A stretch of DNA of 43,847 bases, taken from contig JBHJMP010000929.1 of the NCBI GenBank assembly GCA_043381765.1, forward strand, positions 1 to 43,847. Direction: 5' to 3'. The notes beneath the pieces are model-generated. The model was not told the origin of the DNA. It was given only the letters and a program-made list of their open reading frames with translations, and did no database searches. The stretch's first letter is position 1. Every line of letters begins with the position of its first letter. The position numbers and the translations under genes are program-made. This document shows positions 13,223 through 27,125 of this stretch, piece by piece. Source of the DNA: Collodictyon triciliatum (lineage: Eukaryota).

Positions 13223-13466
13223 TGTAAGGGGATGTCCTTTTATTCTGCTATAGACTTGCTTTATGATTCTCAACCTATTAACGAGTCGACGGACTCGTTA
13301 AATATCCCCTGGACGAAGGGTTCAGGGGAGGTTTCTGAGAACGTTCCTGGAGCGGTCCACGGTGGTTCTTTGGACTGATTCTAAGAACAGACTTGGAGAA
13401 TTCCGAGATGATTCTTAGAATCAGATCAGAGATTCCAAGGACGCACTTGGGTGTCCAGTTGTTACA
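13223..13466 (-). repeat. 5' LTR (244 bp)
   Basis: Direct repeat of 8148-8391. Sense strand has TATTTAA and AATAAA; two inverted repeats. Confidence 0.95.
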
Positions 13467-15097
13467 CCTACACCGTCCTAAAGTTCGATATATCTTAATA
13501 AATAACATGTGCATAGCCATTTTGTACTTTATTTCGATTTAGCAAAATTGCCTTTCTATTACTTTTTCCTTTTTTTCTTCCTCCTTTCAATTTGTCCAAA
13601 ATGACGGAGGTTTTGTATTTGATGCATTACCTTTTCTTCTACAGTTCAATGATACAGTTGTGCCTTCGCTACAAAGTATTGACACAAGTTGGATTGGGAT
13701 ACATGTCAGGTCGGAGCGGAACTGAATTTAAGATTCCCTCCTATGCGCCTAGTAAGTATCAAAATAATCTCATCAAATACATTGCTACAATACCTAGACT
13801 CTAGACTTCAACATCATCCATGGCCAGATTTCATCGAACTATAACAATTGCGCATAAGACTTGATTTTAAAATAATATGAAAAATAAATCACACGGGTCT
13901 TGTATTTCTTTTGACATATGAGATTCTACAAATCCATTAGCATTAAAGGTCTTGAGGCCAACTTATTCACTAAAAATATATCCATCGTTGTAATTAACTT
14001 CCCTCGAATTCCAAATAATAGAATCAGCCTTATAGGCTATGAACATAAATTAACATTCTTGATGCAACAAAAGTAACATGAAAATTAAAAAAGTCAGTAT
14101 CAATCATAGATGATATGTCATAATATTAATTTATTATCTGCGATTTTAATTTTTTATGCATATACTGTATGTTTTCTTGCACAGCATTACTCATGTCAAT
14201 GCGTGCAATTTCCCACCAACTCACATCAATTCACATTTATTTGCATTTATTTGCATAATTTTGAGAGTTTCTCATCATTTCTACTCTATCCACATCAATC
14301 TGCACATAATCTCATTAATCCTTATCAATCAGCAGGCCAATTGCCATATATTTGCACTTTATCCCATTGTTCACATCTGCCTTCCACGCCATGCGCCCGT
14401 GTCTCTTGCTTCACCACCTTTGCTTCCTTACTTTTGCTTCATCACCTTCTTCGATATGCTGCGCTCCTTCGCTGGTCATCCTCTCTGCCGCCTATGTACT
14501 GTCTTGCGTCCCTTGTCTCCCTCCCACGCCACACCATCTGCTTCCATTTTCGGTAGTGACCGTTTGCCCTATAATAACACCCCAACTACCTATACACACA
14601 CACCCTTCCTTCCTGCTTACCCACCCAAAAAAAAAGAAAAAACCGAATCTGCCTTAACTACCTACCTTGCTCAGGTACCATACCTTTTCCCCATCTAATA
14701 CCACATAAGGCCCATCTATGCCATATCCGGCCATTCCACAACACGTGCTGACCCTTGGCACTGACTTTATAAGGCACAAGGGACATGGAATATTTCGTAC
14801 ACACAAAGTGTGTGCTTCAACAGAGCATCACGCATTCTTTTTGTATATCGCACTAGTATTTCTGTAATTTTCATACTTTTTATTCATGTCAGAGCATATT
14901 ACAAGGTCAAGTATTGATTATAATATAATTTCCGCATTTGAATCAGCAATATTTTTAACGACAATTCTCGATTTCAACTTATAAAAAAACATTAAAACAT
15001 AAAAAACAGAAAAGAAGTTAAAACATAAAAACAAAAGAAAAAAACAAAAAACAAAAAACAAAACGAAGGTTATTGTCTCTCCTCGTTCCCTTTCAGT

Positions 15098-18000
15098 ATG
15101 AGCTCCGCTGCACTTCGAGTCGAATCGCCGACGGTATGTATTACTTGCGACCAACAATCCAAGATTTAGGAAAAGAGTTGAAGCCTGACAAAACCTAACA
15201 TCCCATCCTCTGAAGGCTAGAGACAGCGAGTTGAAGAGCCTTCCAAGCTCCACGCGCGGGCATGCTAGTAGAAAACGAGCTGATGTAATACCCATATTTT
15301 CTCTCAAGTTTTTTCTCATATGCACGGCTACTATAATTGTCCCTGAATGAAAAAATTATTAGTTTTTGGCCTGAACACTGTGTCGACTTCCCACTACTCC
15401 CATTTATTTCTCATTTTCCAACCAAGTGCAAAGATATCACCAATCTGATGCTTTTTTTTATATTACGTGCTTGAATTAGAGCTTCCGAGCGTACGGAACA
15501 GATTTCAACAGGTCTTTTGGGATATTATGTTGAACCTTTCCTTTGTGATGTAATTTTAGGTTTTAGAACTAATAATCCTGGTGCAATTTTTCTGTGTTTT
15601 AGTAAGCTGCGTGACCCATCTACACTCCAAGTATTCTTTATAATGAACATATTCCTGCATTTATATTGCCGATTATTTCTCAATGACACATTCTCCTTGG
15701 ATAGTTGCTTAATCCATTATCCCTAGGAGAAATCTTTATTGCTGTCGTATGTCACGATTAAATAAAAAAAATATTTGAAAGATCAATGAAGAGGAACCGG
15801 ATTTTGAAATAGAAAAGGAGGAGCATGTGAATCATCTTCGTGAATTGCGTGCACTTCTCAAACTGAAGAAGCAACAAGCAGCCACTGGAGAGTGAGAATC
15901 TATCGAATCTTCTGCTTTTTTTTTCGAGATTTTTGGTCTTTGTTTTTTTCGGATCTTTAGAGACCTTCCAAAAAAAAAACTCTTGAAATGAAGGCTTTTT
16001 TTTTTTGTTTTTCGTAAATATTGAATGCAGGACTGGTGCAGCAGACATACCATTTTCCTCCATTTTGAATCCAGAAGGGACCATCGCAGACCAGGCAAAG
16101 TCGAGACTCTCCTCGTCCCCCAGAAAAGCAACTCCTGTAAGTTGTGCATGACCCTTTTATTGTTAGTTGCTATCATGAAGTATTATCTTAAACCATATCA
16201 TCCGCCTTTTCGTTGTAAAATGTAATTTTATTTTTTTAATATTCCATAGCAAATGGGCACTGTAATGAGGACAATCGCTACTCATTTGGGGGAGGTAAAT
16301 GACATACGTAATGGAAATAAAGAAAAAAATAATCGAATTAATTTTAATCAAGGGAAGAAAATTTGTCAATACATCCTAATCATGATTGGATTATAGGCTA
16401 AGAAGCTTGTACAATATACAGACAGCACTCAAAGGAAGCGATTGCAGGATTTACTTGAACTACAGGAGAAGCTATTGATTGAACAACAAGAGCTGGTCGA
16501 CCAAGCTTTGATTAAAAAAGTGGTTGTTTAAATATGCTCCAGCACTTTGAAAAATAATACATATATACATTAATGTATGTCATGCTCGCATAATACATGA
16601 CACAGATATTAATGCTGGAGGAATATTAAACAAAACAACAAAAGACTATATAATCCATCACTGATAACATGAATCGTAAATTAACCAAACCCAAAAACTT
16701 GGAAATAAAACTCACACGCTCTTTGGCCATTTTCTTCGGCTATGCTTATAAAATAGAAAAGTTATGAACGCAGGGAAAAGAGACTAAATGCTGAAATCAA
16801 GAGACTACAAGAGCAACTTGATGTAGGCATATTTTCTTAATTTTTAAAAACGCCACATTTCAAAAAAAAAATTACCGCAAGGAGATAAAGTTGATGTATT
16901 ACTTTTAAACATAGGGACGTTCGGACAAGATGGAACTCGCCAACAAGGATGTTGATAAAGCTGATTTGTATCTGATGCAGCTTAAAGGTGTTTTGTTTGC
17001 ATATTTTTGAACAAAGCCTTCAATACTTGCACCTTTTCTTTGTGGAATCACTGAAAACGATGCAAGAACTAAAAATAACAAATTAAAAAATAAAATAAAA
17101 AAACGTATTTCAGATATGGGTACAGCAATCCGGTCTAAAGTTCGGGCCTTACAAGCTGAAGCAAACAAAGTTAATCAAGGTCATAATTTACATAATCTTG
17201 GAAGATGCATGCAACAAAATTTGGTATCATCAATTATTCTTTCCAAGTGTCTTTCCATCGCGAAAATGCCCTACAAACTTATTAATATTCTAGAGAGTGA
17301 TGTTATCAGGGAATTCCAGACAAAGCTACGACAGGTCAATCTGGAACTCGAGCTGAACAGTGTCGATGTATATGCCATACTATTTACCTCTATGGAATCC
17401 TTATCTTTCGAAGAAAAAAACGAATAGAGCTATCTTTTCAGTTTGAATAAAGTGTTCTCTTTAGAATGATCCTTTGATTCGCTCTTGGCGGGAACGGATT
17501 CATGAACTAAATGTTGTCATAGACGAACGAAAACTGGAGCTAGATCAACTGACTGCAAGGCATAATGATGTACATTAAGTTACATACAAGCGCCCATGAT
17601 ATATTTTATTGAGCAAATAGTTTGTAAATATATGAGCCGCTATCATATTTGATTCACTTTTTATTTTCTAGGTGAACACAGAGTGCAAAAGCCTCTTTGT
17701 GCAATTGGATTTCCAAGAGCAGGAAAGGTGAATCATTCTATTATACTGTAAAGATAGATAGTTAGTCTAAAAATAATGATAAACTTTTTTCTTTTATTTT
17801 CATAATTGCTGTAAAACACCTACATCGAAAATACCACCAGGGAACATATTGTCTCCATGATTGGGGTGGCTAAGCGAGAGAATAAACGACTTCGAGATCT
17901 GGTTACAAAAGGTCTTCTTTTCCCTCACCCGCACTGTGTGTTAGATATTATACTTTTTGAGTCGATGAAATTTTCTTATATGTGAATCAATTATATCAGT

Positions 18001-19310
18001 TATTAGACTCTTAGTTACTATTTTTTTTTTGTTTACATTAAGGCCCCGTGCGAATAGTACCCGTACCGTCTCCTAGTGCACGTTCTGAGTACTATACGAG
18101 CAACCATTCACAGCTGCCTGAAGGTTGTACTAATCATTTCAATTTGTTTTATAAGTGATTATGATTTTTTTTAACTTACCACCGCAATTATGATTTCTGG
18201 GTATTATGCGATGCATCGCTTTCCCAGGTTGCGTACGCACATTATACCTTCTATTGTACCAACCACTTCACATTCTTTTCAAAAAAAAAAAAAACTCAAA
18301 TATTTTACCGAACCTTCTAGCTGTAAACGAGCAGTATAAGTCCGAAATCCAAAGACTTACCTATCAAGTAGAAGATGCAAAAGCGCGACTAAGGTATGTT
18401 TCTAATTGACTAATGTAGTATTTACAACAACTCGTCATGCTCGGTTAAAGTCTGACATTGGTGCTTGGGATAAAGTTTGTTCCTAAACTGCATCAAATGC
18501 TACCTATTATTCAACCCTTTTTTTTAAAAAAAAATTATAATAACTATAATCCTATGGAATGCGATAGCGAATTACGTCAGCAGTATATGAAGTTCACCAA
18601 GAACAGGGCTGAAGTACAAACTTTTCTTCGTGGGTGCATGGATGATGTGCGAGAGGATATTGTCGGTTATCTTCATGAACAAGTAAGTGAAATAGAAAGG
18701 AGTCATGTGTGAATATGGTTCATGAGTTTTACTGAGCTGCCTGAGCACCGTGATGATATCATGTTCAATCTTATGTGTCTGGTCATTAAGAGCCAATGCG
18801 AGCCTGAGCCAGTAAACCCTTCCATGACAAGGAAAAATCGGCCATCTGTTGTTTGTTGCCCAAGAAAACTATATTATATCTTCAAATTAGCAAATGTGTT
18901 TGAACTCTCGCACCCAATTTTCTTTTGCACTTTTATATTGATAAAATAATCAATGCAATCAATGTTCGCTTAGAATCCCAAAAGACAAGGTGCTTTGATC
19001 AAGGCGGAGTATGAAAGTGCGAAGGAGCTCGAGCGAGCCAAAAGCCATGTTTGCTCAAACCCATTCGACGTCAGATTGTATTCCAATTTTTTAATCCTTT
19101 CATCGCTCAATAGGTCCCTTTCTTTGACAATTAACTGCATTTTAATAAATATGTATGTTTTTATCATGCCTATTTTCTTTATCCAAGGAAAAGCTCCTCC
19201 GGGCTATTTACACACGAACATTTCCATACCCATCAACGTATGATATCAAAATAAACCGGGCAGAGGATGTAGATGATGTGATGTCGGCTTTGCTGTTGAA
19301 GGACTCTTAA
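15098..19310 (+). CDS. Multi-exon coiled-coil protein, possibly basal-body/flagellar (BBOF1-like C-terminal motif); exon structure only partly resolved
   Basis: Many GT-AG-bounded E/K/Q/L-rich exons (e.g. RKRLQDLLELQEKLLIEQQELVDQ, EQYKSEIQRLTYQVEDAKARL, AEVQTFLRGCMDDVREDI). Last exon EKLLRAIYTRTFP...LLKDS* ends at 19310. Confidence 0.65.
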
Positions 19311-19814
19311 GCCTCCATTCACACGTTATCAAAAAAAAGAAAAAAAACACAAGTCAATAAAAAAAATCTAAAAAAAAAAAGAAAAGGAAAAAGAAAAGAC
19401 AAGCATCTAATCGATACTGCTGTGTATTTTCTTTAACCTGATACTTTGGATTGCCCCAAGTTTATATTTACATGGAGCCAGAAAGCTCAATAATGCTTGC
19501 ATAAAACAAAAAATAATAATAGTTTATCCCAGGTAGTATGTTTGTAATGTAGTTAATATTAGAAAAAGCATTATATCATTCAAAGAATCCCTGCTAGTAA
19601 CCTGACATTATGGCGAATCCTATTCAAACCGCCTCTGAGTAGAAATCTTGGAGAAGAGATATCGCAGAGGTTTTCTGCTTTTTCTGCTTTTATTTCTTGT
19701 TTACTCTCGAATGATTGCTCTTTATTTGGGTGAATCGCGATTATTTTATTTATTTATTTTGTATTAAATTCCTGTATTTGGGATTGAAGTGCCAGTCTAT
19801 TGTCTCCTAACTAG

Positions 19815-22800
19815 TCAAAATTCATTCAGTTCGACATCAAGCCTGTGCCTACCCTTCGCGAGATGAGTGCCTCTTCTCCAAAGAATGCAGGAGGCAATTA
19901 CCTTAGTAAGTCAGTACATTAAACCTACAATCAAATATTGTATCATAGGGAAGCGAACGAGAGTATCTATTCATATCTTACCAGCAACAAAAGCAGCACA
20001 ATTAAAGAAGCGAAGAGAGATGTATCATACTCCGAGCTGTGGACGGATAACAACAATATGGACTGTTTGACAATCATTTTTTTGTCTTTGTAAATAAAAT
20101 TGACTTTCAAACTGACTTTATGTGCTGTGTATATGATGAAAATCACCTGAATGCACTTGACAAACGACAGCACGATAGAAAGGATATTTCCCATTCTTGT
20201 TGTCATTGGCCTGGTTTCGGTGAGAGGAAGTTGCACAATTTTAGAAAAAAAGGCCACGTAAATACTTAACTCTTATCTTGTGGCAAAATTAAAAAAAAAA
20301 GCAAACACCAAGAAGATTTAGTGAAGTAGCAACTCATACCATTTTGCAACGACCACACCGTACTTGATCAAAACAATGACGCCATTTAGCATCAGTCGGG
20401 TTGGGATGTTGTGGACAAGAACAGATATTGTGCTGATGACACACGAAATAATTAAATCAAACGAGCGAAACCAGTAAGCACGAGGTTGTATCCCGTCCAT
20501 CAAAAAACCAGCTGACTTTACCATAGCCACAGTGCGACCATTCAAAGACCGATTCGAACTACGTGATCGTGAACTTAGTCAGTGTATAAATTGCATGCCA
20601 TAAAAAAATGATGGATTATTCAGCTTGAAGATGTATTTTATTTTACAAGTGATTCCGTAGCACGACAAAAGAATATATGGGATAGCCGATGATGTAGAAA
20701 ACCAAAACCAAACACCCAACGACTGATGCATACAAATGTGAATCTACGAGTATTATTTCATTTGTTTTTGCTGCTCAATTGAAAAAATTTACCGAATCAG
20801 GCGGGTGTATTGAAGGTAAATATAAAAAAAATAAAATGGTATAGTAAAGCACAGCACCTCTGTAGCACTCTCTTGCCATTTCATATCTCATTACGTCAGT
20901 ATTGTAGACTTGTTTGCAATCAAAAAGCTTTATTGTTCTTGTTGTAACAAGAATGTATGCTAGATGCGCCAACATCGTAATGCCCTAATAAGTATTAAAT
21001 TGCCAAACTCTGAATATGAAAAGTTTCTTGACTACCGCACATCAAAAACTCAAACAGGAAATTAAAAAAAATGCTGAATCAGTTGAAAAGATTTCTAAAA
21101 GAAAAATGCAAACAGCGATGAATCGTTGCTTCATCTTTGTCAGATAAAATTTTCTAGGGAGATTCTTTCCGAATTTCAAGGCTTTCATCATCATCGCCCT
21201 TATGATTGAGCAAACGATGAGTGTGAATGCACAAAAACCAATCACTACCAACGTCAGGAAGTAAAACTTTGGGTAAGGATAAGCCGGCAAGGTACATCCT
21301 ACGTTGAATAAAGTTTTTAAATTCTACAAACAGATAGACAACTATCGATAAGACATATATTTTAAGAGATAAAAAACCTGGATTTACAAAATTAAAGTCC
21401 AAAAGAAACCAAGAAAGTGATGTGTAAAGCTTTCTGGATAATGGAATAAAGTCACTGCCAGCCAATCCGATTTGGATCAGTTGCTGAAAACTCAAAACGA
21501 CAGTTGCGGACGCAAACAGGTAGGTTGAAGGCATGGCTGTATATTGAACAGAGTAACTCCGGTAAAAAAAGAAGGAATATTAAGCGTACAAAAAAAAAAA
21601 CGGAGCCATGATTACCGATAACACTGATGGACACTATGGATGCAAAAATCGCTGCAACTCCCATAACTGCATCTAAATTGAAGGCAGGGTCCTCACAGGA
21701 GCGACAGACTACACCTTGTCGAAAGTACTTATCCTGGCACACCGAACAAAAATTGTCTTTGTACCCTAAAATTTTTAAATTGTATGATTCCATCAAATAT
21801 ATTCTACTTTACATATTAACATAAAAGAAAAAAAGACAGGCCTCTTTAGTGCTATGCAATCCTCTTCAAGGAAAATATATGAGATGAATTACCATCCAAA
21901 CATCTGGCACCACGACTTCCTAGGCAAGATTCCCGTGGGAAACATGCAGCTGGCTTAGTTTCTATTGTGAGATTATATTTCGTTACGTCCGATATAATCT
22001 TACTGTTAGATTAAGTTTTGATTTTTATCTGTCAGAACCTTCGTTTGGTGACCAATATCCAAGGGTCGGCCATATTCTCGCTCCTCCTGGACATACGCCG
22101 TTTGCTATGTTAAATTCAATCAATTAAGTCCTAACCTCTATTATGGAAAAACAAATACGGATAACATCACATGAATCAAAAAAAAATCGTTTATGGACTT
22201 TGGTAGCACCTGGACAAACTTGGCAATTTAGACCGTTTCCATAGGAACCTTCTGGACCTTAATTCACCAATAATAGTATGTGTCTCATAATAATGTAGCA
22301 TCATCATATTCAAATTGGTTTTTAAAATACATGATATTTACAGTGATTTTTATCAAACTCACATCCATTTGTCACATAGAGTTGGTTTTCGTGTGGGCAA
22401 GAAGTAAATCCATAGCTTTTGTACAGGGATGATTGCGGGCAGCTGAATTCAAAAACAATTTATAACTCATACATACCATTTTTGATAGAGTAATATATAT
22501 TTCTTCGACCTTGTTGCAGCACCATTTGCATTTCTGACGCTCAAAATCTAAAAAAAAAGTTTTTGTGAAATTTAAATTTAAATTATTCAAAATATTGGAG
22601 CTGCGCGTGATATTATATTGTACCAAATATGTTCCGGGGACAAAAGAGCCATGAATCAAAGCTGTGATTTTTGTCGTTGAAATAAAAGTAACATTCGCCG
22701 GGATGGCTTTTTTTGAGGTTAATAACTATTTAATTCATATTTTTCGCATTTGAACACATTTTCAAGGTAAGAAATCAAAAAATACTAACATGGAATTGCA

Positions 22801-25800
22801 GTGGAATTAAGAGACACAAATATGGACGTATCGGGCGTAAAGTAATCTCCTGTAATATTAATGCATCCTCCATTCATGGAGATGACTCTGTCATGTTGAA
22901 TTAGCCAATATTTAAAAAATTAAGCACCATAGTGAATAAAGGATAAAGTGAACCAAATTATTTGAAAAGGCATATTTTAATGAAATTTTAACTTCATTTC
23001 GTATTATAAGAATAATCTATTACGGGTTTTCAACAAAAAATATCTGAGGGAAAAAAGCGTTCTTGTTTCTTACAGATATAGATATCGTAGTCTATTTTTT
23101 GAATTTAATAGTTGGTTTACCAATAGAAATTTAGTTTTACCGTGTCTCTTTCGAGAAATATGCATATTAATGTTCTGAACCTGTTTTTTGTAAGTGGAAT
23201 CTTTTGTATCTGGCCATCCAACACTTATCAAATATGAAGTGTCGCCATCGTTGGAACTGTCAGGCTAAATATTATGGAAACTATTACAATTATATAACAC
23301 ACTTGTTCAATTATGGAAGATAATTTATTACCACCCCTTGAATCCCGATAACTTGAGGAGTAGACCAATTTCTATATATAGCCATTTGTCAGTTTTATGA
23401 ATCATATATGGAGACAAATTAAAGATTGAAAATATTAATAAACCTACTCAATATCAAAATAAACATATGAAGGAATCGGAATTCCCTCTTTGCTATTTGA
23501 TGTCATGATTTTAAATCCTACTGGATACGACGGACGGACTCTAAGTGTCTAAATTGTTTATTGCAAGCGTTATTTTTAATACCAAGAAATGGCATGTGCT
23601 ATATATTGAGATGATAATTTTACCAATGTAAAGTTTGCAGACGGCCTAGAATCAGTCTCACTCGTAACTAAGCCGGATGAAGGACTAACGCTTATGTAGT
23701 TTGCTTTTTTCACAGATATGATTTTAGTCTCAGCATGCCATCTTTTACGTTTTCGTTTGAATCATAATATTTTGTTTAATTTTTCGAACATATGCAAAAC
23801 ATCAAGGTTTTTTCATTTTTTAAAAAAATAAATTAATCTCACTATCTTCTGGAGTGCAAATATTATTCGAATGAGTATAACCAGAAACACATCTGCAGGA
23901 GGTTCCTCCTTCACCAGGATTTTCCTCAGAGTTGACATCAATCTGAGAAAGAATGCGTCAGCGAAGGAATTTCGACGGTCATGGTAATGATTTAGGATAT
24001 TCATATTCAAAGCTAAGATATGAACTTTATTGCACGACATAATGGCGATGGAATGTTCTGCTTGGATTTTGGATTTTTCTTCTCGAAACAGTAAACGATA
24101 TGTCTGTCCATGTATTCCTGTTATAAATTTTTATTTTTCATAGAAAAGATAGAAGGCATTCAAATTCCCTTAAATTGTATGCATTAAAACTTTCTATCTG
24201 ACTTTAAATCTCGACGATAGCTAGGTATCGTAATTTTTCTTGAATAATTAAGAGTAAAACACCCTTAAAACTAAAATCTTTATATTCTGCCACACCCTGG
24301 TCATCTGTAATGACAGTTTTTGGTGACACTGTTGACCCAGATGGAAGTTCCGGGATGAAGCTCACTGTACAACATGAAAATCAATTATAATTTTTTATAA
24401 AAAGAAACAATTTGTGCGTTGTTAAACATAAAAAAACAAAGTTTTTCAAAACCCGTGATAGCCACAGGAGATTTGATTGAATTATTGTATTGGTCTTTGA
24501 CTAAAATCCTTGGCCAAGGATTTATGACTCCTGAGTTGGAAAACGAGTTCGCAGGAAGTGGCTCCACTGATTGAAATGAAATGTAAACCAATGACAGTGT
24601 TTTGTATATATATATATTAAAGAAATCTGATAACTGAAAAAAATAATACCAAAAGTGACTAGTGCGGTAGAGGCCATGTACTGGGTGATTTCTATTTATC
24701 ATGTAAAATGAACACATGAGTAATCCACTGTTCTCTTACGATATTTTCATTGAATATATAATTACCATAAGATCTGGCTCATGCAATTACCTATATGTTA
24801 TAGATTATCATTTAATAGATTATTTAAGGTGCGATTGTCAAAGAACTCATTGAAATCAATTTCGGCAAATTTTGGTTGGATTACTCACCCAAAACGTGAT
24901 TATTCACATGGCCGTGGTCATTGGTGGGGAAAGTGCAAAGTTTTGATGAACAAATTTTATTATGTAAATTTATTTATAGAAATGATATTATTTTAAAATG
25001 GAAAACCTTGAATTGAGTGTGATTATACCGCTTCTTGATGAGCTTTTTGATGGGCTTCTTGATGGGCTTCTTGATGGGCTTCTTGATGGGCTTCTTGATG
25101 GGCTTCTTGATAGGCTTCTTGACCCACTTCTTGACCCAGTAATTGACCCACTTCTTGACCCACTTCTTGACCCAGTAATTGACCCACTTCTTGATGCGCT
25201 TCTTGATAGGCTTCTTGATGGACTTCTTGATGGGCTTTTTGATGGGCTTCTTGATAGGCTTCTCGACCCACTTCTTGATGTACTTCTTGATAGGCTTCTT
25301 GATAGGCTTCTTGATGGGCTTCTTGATAGGCTTCTTGATAGGCTTCTTGATGGGCTTCTTGATGGGCTTCTTGATGGGCTTCTTGATGGACTTCTTGATG
25401 GGCTTGTTGATGCGCTTCTTGACCCACTTCTCGACCCACTTCTTGATGTACTTCTTGATAGGCTTCTTGATGGGCTTCTTGATGGGCTTCTTGATGGGCT
25501 TCTTGATGGGCTACTTGATGGGCTTCTTGATGGGCTTCTTGATGCGCTTCTTGATGCGCTTCTTGATGCGCTTCTTGATGCGCTTCTTGATGCACTTCTT
25601 GATGTACTTCTTGATGCGCTTCTTGATGCGCTTCTTGATGGGCTTATTGACGGGCTTCTTGATAGGCTTCTTGATAGGCTTCTTGATGGGTTTGTTGATG
25701 CGCTTCTTGACCCACTTCTCGACCCACTTCTTGATGCGCTTCTTGATGCGCTTCTTGATAGGCTTCTTGATGTACTTCTTGATAGGCTTCTTGATAGGCT

Positions 25801-27019
25801 TCTTGACCCACTTCTTGACCCACTTCTTGATGCGCTTCTTGATAGGCTTCTTGATAGGCTTCTTGATGGGCTTCTTGATGGGCTTCTTGATGGGCTTGTT
25901 GATGGGCTTCTTGATGGGCTTGTTGACGGGCTTCTTGATGCGCTTCTTGACGGGCTTCTTGATGCGCTTCTTGATGCGCTTCTTGATGGGCTTGTTGATG
26001 CGATTCTTGATGCGCTTCTTGACCCACTTCTCGACCCACTTCTTGGTGCGCTTCTTGATGCGCTTCTCGACCCACTTCTCGACCCACTTCTTGATCGAGA
26101 CCTCAATCTGGAATTAACTCTTGATAAAGAGACTGATTGGGTCGCTAAAATAATTGATTTTGTTACTATTGGAGATGAAAAATTTTCAAAAAAAAAAGCA
26201 ACCCTGGATGAACAATTATTCTATGAAGAAAAGAATATGTGAAGTCAATATGCAAAGCGTACATGTGAACTGAAGCCCATTATATTGTATGAGCGCCTTG
26301 TTGTTCTGGGGATCACCGGTAATTTTGAACTTGCATGTATGTGTATTGGACTCAAGTGTTCCAGGTACCACAGGACCATCCATTTTCCAACTACTTCCAT
26401 CCCACGAGTATGTGTAAAGATTGTTGATTTTTTCACCTGAAAGCGTGTGTAAAAGACTATTATTGAGTCGAACAATAGTTCCAAAGTATTGATTATCAGT
26501 GGAGCCATCTAGTCTGCTTTGAAAATTCAGTTGTTTTCCATCAAATCGGTAGACGAAAATGGCCCCGTATGCAACTGCAAAGTCTTTTGGTGAGCAGAGT
26601 TTGCATCCAACAGCTGCATTTCTGTCTTGAATCGAAACAGATGTACCAAATTGAGAATCATTTACTGGAGAAGGATTCTCTATTCGCTGGACTTGACCCC
26701 ACTCGTTGGAATCGGACAAGACAAAGAAATAGACCACGCCAGCGCTATCATATCTCCCGACCGTCTCTATGGGCGCACTCACCAAGGCATGGGTATTGGC
26801 TATTGAGACTGCACTACCAAATCCAACATGCCTTGCTGGCATCGGAATCAATCGAATCACTTGCATATCTACCCATGATGGCTGTGGTGATGCAGTTTTC
26901 GCACTCGAGAACCTTATGAAAAGCAATGAGAATAGCACGACAAAATCTGGTGAAAGAAATCGCCATGGCAACTTTTTCTTTAGCGATTTGGATATCATCG
27001 ACAACAGTGCCCAAGTCAT
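19815..27019 (-). CDS. Large multi-exon surface receptor-like protein: hydrophobic leader, FG-GAP repeats, (SRSx)n stalk, Ig-like, EGF-like, Calx-beta-like, IPT, Cys-rich, multi-pass TM
   Basis: FGSAVSI..APIE, FGTSVSI, YFGTIV (FG-GAP); PRILVKDQYNN / TDDQGVA (Ig-like); CRCVSGY (EGF); SPSSGLVTSE..EG..NWSTPQ (Calx-beta); GGCINITGDYF (IPT); CPGGARIWP..GYW, CSVCQDKYF; several hydrophobic exons. Likely stop at 19815-19817. Confidence 0.8.
25029..26098 (-). repeat. Coding 12-bp minisatellite (~89 units, TCAAGAAGCNNN) encoding S-R-S-[P/A/L/G/T]
   Basis: Obvious 12-nt period. Splice phase (donor ~26261, acceptor ~26167) selects the SRSx frame. Confidence 0.9.
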
Positions 27020-27125
27020 TTTCAGGTATGCTGTATGACTAGATGGATTGAAAGTTTAGTTACGTTAAGATTTTTCCGTATTTTCTTATAAAATAATATA
27101 GCCTTGAAATAGGCATGTGGCAAGA

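Larger units (their letters stand above)
8148..13466 (-). mobile_element. Ty3/Gypsy chromovirus LTR retrotransposon, structurally complete
   Basis: Two 244-bp TG...CA LTRs, PBS, PPT, and domain order gag-PR-RT-RH-IN-chromodomain. Confidence 0.97.

Noticed and set aside
14110-14700. Overlapping 148/180-aa ORFs in a pyrimidine-skewed tract
   Set aside because: No motifs or splice pattern; probably non-coding or an unrecognised repeat.
25029-26098. CRISPR-like array
   Set aside because: Contiguous 12-mers with no unique spacers and no cas genes.
24998-26242. 414-aa (LLDG)n, 312-aa (FLMG)n and (QEAH)n ORFs
   Set aside because: Shadow frames of the 12-bp repeat; splice phase and gene context favour the minus-strand SRSx frame.
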